Positions 49,895 through 64,000 of a stretch of 64,000 bases of DNA are shown one piece after another. The notes below the pieces were generated by a model. That model had not been told where the DNA came from. It saw only the letters and a list, made by a program, of their open reading frames with translations, and did not search any database. Position 1 is the first letter of the stretch. Each line of letters starts with the position of its first letter. The position numbers and the translations under genes are program-made. This DNA is from the human T2T-CHM13v2.0 reference genome, Homo sapiens: NCBI RefSeq assembly GCF_009914755.1, contig NC_060938.1. One strand, written 5' to 3'.

Positions 49895-50822
49895 TCTGAG
49901 TGGAGGTGCACCTGATCTTTGACGAAGTTCCTATCGGTGCTTGGTACCAGCATGACCTAACCTTATGGCTTAAACCAACAGGACAAATTGCTGAGGTTTG
50001 GGAGCACACCCTCCAGAGGACCCCTGATCTCCCAAAATTTGGTTGAGATCTAAAGTTTATTTTGCTGTACAACTCCCCCCAACACCTTTTTTTTTTTTTT
50101 TTTTTGTTTTACTTGCTTCCAACAAGGAATGCAAGATTTCTTGCTGATGTTGGAAGGCAGGCTCCTTTATGGAGTTTGAGCTCGCTCCCAGCAGGGAAGA
50201 CGAGTTCAAGTGTTTCCTGCTTCAAGGATGGTAGAGAGCAGTCTTCAGCCTGAGACTCATCCCTAGGTAAGTAGCTGAATTGTCTTGGCTAAAGTTTAAC
50301 AACCAGCTGGTCTTAATTTCTCCTTACCATTAGAGCACTCAGTGACCAAGTCTACCTGACTTCCTCAAATCCAAGAGGGACTTCCAAAGCCTCTCTAATT
50401 TGGCTAAAATTCCTTGCAGCTACAAAAGAGGAAAAAAAAACAACCCATGTGTTTGGTTTCTGTGTTTGCTTCCTCCTTAAAAAATGAAATGTTCTTTCAT
50501 TTACTTTTCTTCCGCCCTGTACCTCCTTCCCTCTTTGCCACCTGTAGTATCAGAAAATCTAGAGAAGGCTTCTAATAACTTGAACCCCTTTAAAGAATTC
50601 AGAACAAAGTCATCACTCATCCCTTTTGGGGTGTTCTGTTTTCCTTGTGGTGTTTCAAGAGTCCTGGGCAGATTCTTCTTAGGTCTAAAGCTCTGTTTTC
50701 CTGTATTACATGAGCTGACCTCTTTGGCTTTGCAGGTAACCAGAGATGACCTTGTACTGTGAGAGGATTTGACCCTGGCATGTGAAATGGCAGATGAGAG
50801 CTAGAAAGGTAAGGGTGGCTGA

Positions 50823-51655
<833 letters not shown>

Positions 51656-51658
51656 TCA

Positions 51659-51856
<198 letters not shown>

Positions 51857-52169
51857 TCATAGAACTCTGGAGAGAGAAACTGAGATACATAAGAGGGTGG
51901 AAATGACTCAGTGGTGACACACTGTGGAGTCCTGCCCACAAGCAGTACACATCAATCTACCACTCAAAAACCTTAGGCTACAGCTCAGTTCCTCCTTTTA
52001 GGAAAATAAGTAGGAAACAAATCATCTAAGAATGAGGAGAAAACAAGGAGAATGGCCCCCTTTCAAGTAATCCATAGGTTTTATGGCACCTCTACTTGCC
52101 AGAGTTTATGTAAAATAGAACTAATATGGTCTTTGTGCATATTTACATTAAGGAAAAAGAGCTCTAAAA

Positions 52170-52340
52170 TCTGTTTGGGAAAGGACTGTTAATGTCGTTT
52201 CAAAGCTAAACTATAAACTAGGTTCCTCCCAAAGTTAGTTTGGCCTATACCCAGGAATGAACAAGGACAGCTTGGAGGTTAGAAGCAAGATGAAGTCAAT
52301 TAGGTCAGATCTTTTTCACTGTCTCAGTTATAATTTTGCA
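52170..52340 (-). mobile_element. LTR8-like 5' fragment inside MER4-int
   Basis: Minus strand TGCAAAATTATAACTGAGACAGTGAAAAAGATCTGACC...CTTGCTTCTAACCTCCAAGCTGTCCTTGTTCATTCCTGGG. Confidence 0.6.
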
Positions 52341-52485
52341 GTTCCATAGTTATGGTTCCATAACTTTAAATGATGACTATCACAGTTTTCATAAGTAATC
52401 TAGGTAAATAATGAAAATAAAATAATTAGGTAAATACAATGGGATAGTTGTAGACAAACTTGTCATAACTTAGAATCTAAAGTTA

Positions 52486-52916
<431 letters not shown>

Positions 52917-52930
52917 TTATTTAAAGGTTA

Positions 52931-53272
<342 letters not shown>

Positions 53273-53980
53273 TCATGAAATAAGAGAGATGTAAATAAAG
53301 TTATAAAAATAAGCCAGGCATGGTGGCTCACAACTGTAATACCAGAACCAGAACTTTGGGAGGCCGAGGCAGACGGGTCACCTGAGGTCAAGAGTTTCAG
53401 ACCAGCCTGGCCAACATGGTGAAACCCCATCTCTACTAAAAATATGAAAATTAGCCAGGTGTGGTGGTGGACGACTGTAATCCCAAATACTTCGGAGGCT
53501 GAGGCAGGAAAATCACTTGAACCCAGGAGGTGGAGGTTGTAGTGTGTTGAGATTGTGCCACTGCACTCCAACCTGGATGACAGAATGAGACTCCATCTTG
53601 AAAAAAAAGGAAAAAAAAAAGTTATAAAAATAAAGAGGTTTTTTAGTTTTTTTTGGTAAGAAAACATAAAGAAAAATAATTTCATATGAGAAAGAATCTT
53701 GTGTGGCAAATTTAGTCCTAGAATAAAATGACTGTTTAAGAAAGAAGGATGTTCAGGACAAACCAGAAAGTCAAAGCATGTCATGAACAGTCTATGTAAG
53801 TCACAATAAGAAGATTTATTAAAAAAAACTTTTATATGATCAAGTTGTCTATAATTAAAGTGAAATTATAATGGTCTTTTCAGAGACTGGGCTTGATGTA
53901 TAAAAAATCTTATACACTATATAATTGGTTACAACAATGAAATTTTCTTAAGGGATTGATTTACTCTTAATAAATTATGA

Positions 53981-54211
<231 letters not shown>

Positions 54212-54484
54212 TAGCCAGGATGGTCTCGATCTCCTGATCTTATGATCTGCCCACTTTGGTCTCCCAAAGCGTTGGGATTACAGGCATGAGCCACTGTGCC
54301 CGGCCAAGAGATTTTAATTTTTTTTAACTCAACGTTCACCTTTATTGGATCTCACCATTTTCATTTTCTGTCCCCTTTTAACCCTTTTAAAGGGCGCAAA
54401 ATAGTAACACTCTCCTTCAACTCATTTCCAGCTCATATAAGTTTATTTCCTTGAGTTGTGTTTGCTGTTGTGGCCTGATGATAA

Positions 54485-54856
<372 letters not shown>

Positions 54857-55622
54857 TGACCAGGCTGGTCTTGAACTCCTGACCTCAGGCAATCCGCTTG
54901 CCTCCTGACCTCAGGCAATCCGCCTGCTTCAGCCTCCAAAAGTGCTGGGATTACAGGTGTGGGCCACCACACCCAGCCCTCGTATGTGCTTTTAAAGTCC
55001 TTGTGACAGTGAGTTACAAGGCTTTGACTCCTAGGTCTAAAAAGGACACCAAGTCCTGAGAAATCCTAAACTCTGACAGCAATTAAAGGCTCATCTTCAG
55101 GCCTGCTGGAAGATGCCAATCAAAATAAACTGCATTTCCTGTGACACAGGGTCAGAATTTAAAGCTATTCAACTCCACAAGGCCCAGGGACTATTGTGGA
55201 AGAGGTGGGTGTGTGACACTGTAAGGGCCAATTTTCAGGAATAAAATAAGTTCAGTTTCTCTATAAGTTAATCAATAATGTGAAAGGCACACTGATGCAA
55301 GACCAGCATATGGGCCCCTGTGTCAGATCAACAAGGTTTCTTGAAGCATTAAGTGACTCCTTAATAAAGGTTACAATGTTTATAAAAGGCTTATGGAAGT
55401 TATATCTTATGGTCAAGATTAAAATTTTATAGATTGTTTATAAAAATTAAGTCTCCTCAATGAATGAAGGTTTTCACTTTTTTTTTTAATCCCCGAGTTA
55501 TCACTTTGGTCAAATGAATGAGTTATTTTACAATGAGTGTGATACCAAGTGTTTTAAACCTTTGATATTTGACAACCCAGAATCAAATTATAAATTATGT
55601 ATTGGCCAGGTGCGATGGCTTA

Positions 55623-56000
<378 letters not shown>

Positions 56001-56381
56001 CTAATTAATCCTTTAAGATATTAGGTTCCCTAAAGTCCAAAAATGACATAATTTGTCTTATTTGGTATAAAAATTATACAGGAAGCACTGTCAAATATGA
56101 AATGGTGTTTGGTTTTCTTTGGGCTGTATTTGTATAAATATGTTATTGGTATGTGTTCCAAAATTATGGGAAACTCCTATAATTCTGATATGACTTAGTA
56201 TACATTATCAGTGATAATTGTAATCATTATGTTAAATTATTGTCTGCCACAGAGGCAAAAAATTTCCTTGTCAGTTGTGTTTTTTACTATGGCTGCCCTA
56301 AAACTTTTTGTCATCCACAGACAATTGTTTTCTTGGTTTGGTCCTCTTTATAAGGTGGCTTTATAATCAATAAAACTCTAA

Positions 56382-56619
<238 letters not shown>

Positions 56620-57299
56620 TGATCCACCCACCTCGGCCTCCCCAAAGTGCTGAGATTACAGGCATGAGCCACTGTACCCAGCCTAAAAGGTGCTCTTGAA
56701 TGCAGGTTTCTGATAACTTTGGAGACTGTGACATCAGAATTGAGGGAAAACTTTCAGGACTCATGGAGAGCTGAAATATTCATGAAAATGAAGTAGACCA
56801 GGAATTAACTGCATGGACTGAACTGATAGAGGACTGAAGTAGTCTTTTTGACACTTTGATTAAAACATTTCTGATCCTTTGTTTTGTTTTTTCAGAGTCA
56901 AGGAAACATTTCTTTTGAGCTATTGTCAACTTTTAACAAGGAAGTATACTCCTATGAACAAAATTTGGAGCATATTTGTTTCTTTCTACCTGATTTCTCC
57001 AGAATTTGGGAACTATTTGTGAGTATTCTTAACTTTTGGCAATATGGTTATTTGCATAAGTTCAATAAGAATCTGTGTTCATTTGTAGTAGGACACAATT
57101 GGAGAAACTGGTTATTTTATCAAGGCTTTGACTGAAATGGTGTACTTTCCTTTAAGGAATCAAACGACTAATAGAGCCAATAAAAACCCCTTGGGAAAAG
57201 TGGCCTCATACCTTTGTCTACACAGTCCATGTACCGGGTTCCTGACCAGTGAAACAATGTTCCATCGAAGCCAATTTAAAAGACTATGTAAAAAAATTA

Positions 57300-57580
<281 letters not shown>

Positions 57581-59544
57581 TCAAAAAAAAAAATATTCTT
57601 GCTGCACTGTATACAAATAATCAGGCCAAGTATAATAAAGCAAATCAGTCCCACTATGATTTGTCTTTAGCAAAAATGGGAAACTGGAGAGAGAAAATTT
57701 ATGTTTCAAAAACTATAGTTCACCTGTTGTTAGATTCTAGTCTTGCCTAATGTTTTTCAATTTTTATTATTTTCTACAGTTTGGACTGATTTTTTTTTTT
57801 TTTTTTGGCTAGAAGTCTTCAAAATAATGTTTTCAATTTTTTTCATTCTTTTTTCCCCCATTTTTCCTAATTTGGAGTCACCAAAAATTAAGCTGTGCTT
57901 TCTTAAAGCCCTGTGAACTGAAGCTAGACAACTTAAACTTCAGAAGAAAATAACAGCAACCTATTTACATACATCAGCCACTTTCATACCTGCTACTGAT
58001 GTATGAACTTCAGAGTAATGTGGCTTATATTGATTTTCCAGGATTCTTCTTTTGTTTCTTGTTGTTTTCCTCCCTTCCTCCTCTTACTTTCTCTTCATAG
58101 GACAGGAAACTTCACAACCTGCTAAAAATGAGCTTTCCTAATATCTCTGGACCTACCTGTCTAGGAATCAGATGAAGCCTGAAACCAGAGACTCATTTTC
58201 TTCTAAAATGCTTTCTCCAAAAGATTTTTTTAAAAGAGAAGGCGGAAATGTGAAAGGAAACTAAATCTTGGGGCCCCAAAATCACTAAGCTAAAGTGAAA
58301 AGTCAAGCTGGTGACTGTTTAGGGCAAACCTGCCTCGCATTCTATTCAAACTCACCCCTCTGTTCACTGAGATAGCCTCTCCAAAGGAGAGGCTAATCAG
58401 ATAAATGCCTCCTTTGGAGAGGCTAATCAGGTAACTCAAAAGAATGCAAACATTTGTCTCTTATCTACCTATGACCTGGAATCCCCCTCCACACTTTGAG
58501 TTATCCCGCCTTTCTGAACCAATATTTATCTTACATATGTTGATTGATGTCTCATGTCTCCCTAAAATGTATAAAACCAAACTGTGCTCTGACCACCTTG
58601 GGCACATGTTGTCAGGACCTCCTGAGGTTGTGTCACCAGTGTGTATCCTCAACCTTGGCAAAATAAACTTTCTAAATTAACCGAGGCCTGTCTCAGATAC
58701 TGGTGTTCACACAGCCATCCTGGTGGATGTGAAGTGGCATCTCATTGTGGTTTTGCATTTCCCTAATGATTAATGATGTTGAGCATCTTTTCATTTGCTT
58801 ATTGAGCATCTATTATATTCCTTGAAGAAATGTCTATTTAAATCCTTTACCCATTTTTAAATTGGATTGTCTTTTCAGTATTGAGTTTTCTTTTCTTTTA
58901 TTTTCTTTAAAATAGAGGCAGGGTCTCACCATGTTGCCGAGGCTGGTGTTGAATTCTTGGAGCTCAAGTGATCCTCCCGCCTCAGCCTCTTGGAGTTCTG
59001 GGATTACAGGCATGAGTCACCACCCCCGGCCTTCAGTGTTGAGTTTTAAGAGTTCTTGATATATTCTGGATATTAGACTTTTATTAGATATGTGATTTGC
59101 CAAGTTCTCCCTCTCATTCTGTGTGTTGCCTTTTCACTTTCTTGATGGTGTCTTTTGAAGTACAAAAGTTTTTAATTTTGAAGTCCAATTTATCTCCTTT
59201 TTCTCTGGTCACTTGTGCTTTATGTGTTATATCTAAGAAACCATTACCAAATCCAAGTCACGGAAATTTACGTCTATATTTTCTTCTAAGAGGTTTACAG
59301 TTTTAGCTTATATTTAGGTCTTTGATTCATTTTCGTGTAACTTTAGTATATGTGTGAGGTAAAGGTCCAATTTCATTTTTTTTGCATGTGCCTTTCCAGT
59401 TGTCTCAGCATGTAACTGACTTCTTGATAAGTAGCTTGGTTGAAATCTGCTTGAGCAAGTGAAAATAAATAATGTATTTGATGAATAAGAGCTACTGCTG
59501 TATTCATTGCAATGCTGAGTCTGGAATTCAGGAATTTGGGGCAC

Positions 59545-59993
59545 TGTAGTGGGTAGAATGACGGCCCCTAAGGAGGTATGTCCATGTTCCAGAACCTGTG
59601 AATGTGATTTAATTTGGAAAAGTAGGCTTTTGTAGGTATAATAATTAAGGAACTAGAGAGGAGATTATTTAGGGCCCATCCTGAATTATTCTGGTGGGCC
59701 CTAAATCCAATTAAAATTGTCCTTATGAGAGACACATAGAAGAGAGACAGATGGAGGAAACCTTGTGAAGATGGAGGCAGAGACTTGGAGTTATGGCGCT
59801 AGAAGCCAGGGAATACCTGGAACACTAGAAGCTAGAAGAGGCAAGAAAGAATTCTTCCCTAGGGCCTTTGAAGTGAGCCTAGGCCTTGATTTCAGACTTC
59901 TGGCCTCCAGAATGGGGAGAAAACAAAATTTTGATTGCATAAAGCCATTGGATTTATGGTAGTTTGTTACAGCAGTCCTAGGAAACTAAAACA
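59545..59993 (+). mobile_element. MLT1C-like MaLR solo LTR
   Basis: TGTAGTGGGTAGAATGACGGCCCC...TTGTTACAGCAGTCCTAGGAAACTAAAACA; near-TSD GGCAC/GACAC. Confidence 0.8.
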
Positions 59994-60028
59994 GACACTT
60001 TTAAATGCTTATAGAAAAGATGATTATG

Positions 60029-63758
<3,730 letters not shown>

Positions 63759-64000
63759 TGACAACATTTTAGTATTGTACTTTTTTTCAAGAATATACAG
63801 TTATTTCAAATATTTTCAATTTTGCATTAACATTATCATAGTTTAGTGGGTTTTTTAATAGTTCAGTAGTTTGAGGGCTGAATTTTTTCCCTCGTAATGA
63901 AAAATCTTATAATAAAGATAAAGGGAATTCTTTAGGATGCTGCAAAAAAGATAATTCTTCTCTTAAAATTAATGTTACAAGACTCTTGGTTGCTGTTGAC

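Overview
Primate (very probably human) genomic DNA, extremely Alu-dense (roughly 80 Alu copies or fragments). No host protein-coding exon is recognisable, and nearly all listed ORFs are Alu or LTR artefacts. The main structures are: (1) a 4.77-kb internally deleted HERV-H provirus on the minus strand (24210-28982) with two 469-bp LTR7s differing at only 6 sites, a perfect tRNA-His PBS and a GGCTC target-site duplication inside an AluJ. It carries an ESRG-like open leader frame, a 64-bp VNTR and an env TM remnant with an intact immunosuppressive motif. (2) An LTR10F/A solo LTR with an AP-1 tandem repeat, also inserted into an Alu. (3) A cluster of other ERV1 solo LTRs (MER41A x2, MER50, MER39, MER57, LTR27/28-like). 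(4) A 9.3-kb non-coding MER4 provirus with a tRNA-Arg PBS and ten Alu insertions, nested in an old L1. (5) Two Y3 RNA retropseudogenes. (6) Several local rearrangements: a 137-bp tandem duplication, a 258-bp templated insertion and a template-switch hairpin. Repeat family names and comparisons to consensus sequences are from memory and need Dfam/RepeatMasker confirmation. Alu boundaries are approximate. No wholly new system is demonstrable; the HERV-H locus is the best candidate for biological activity.
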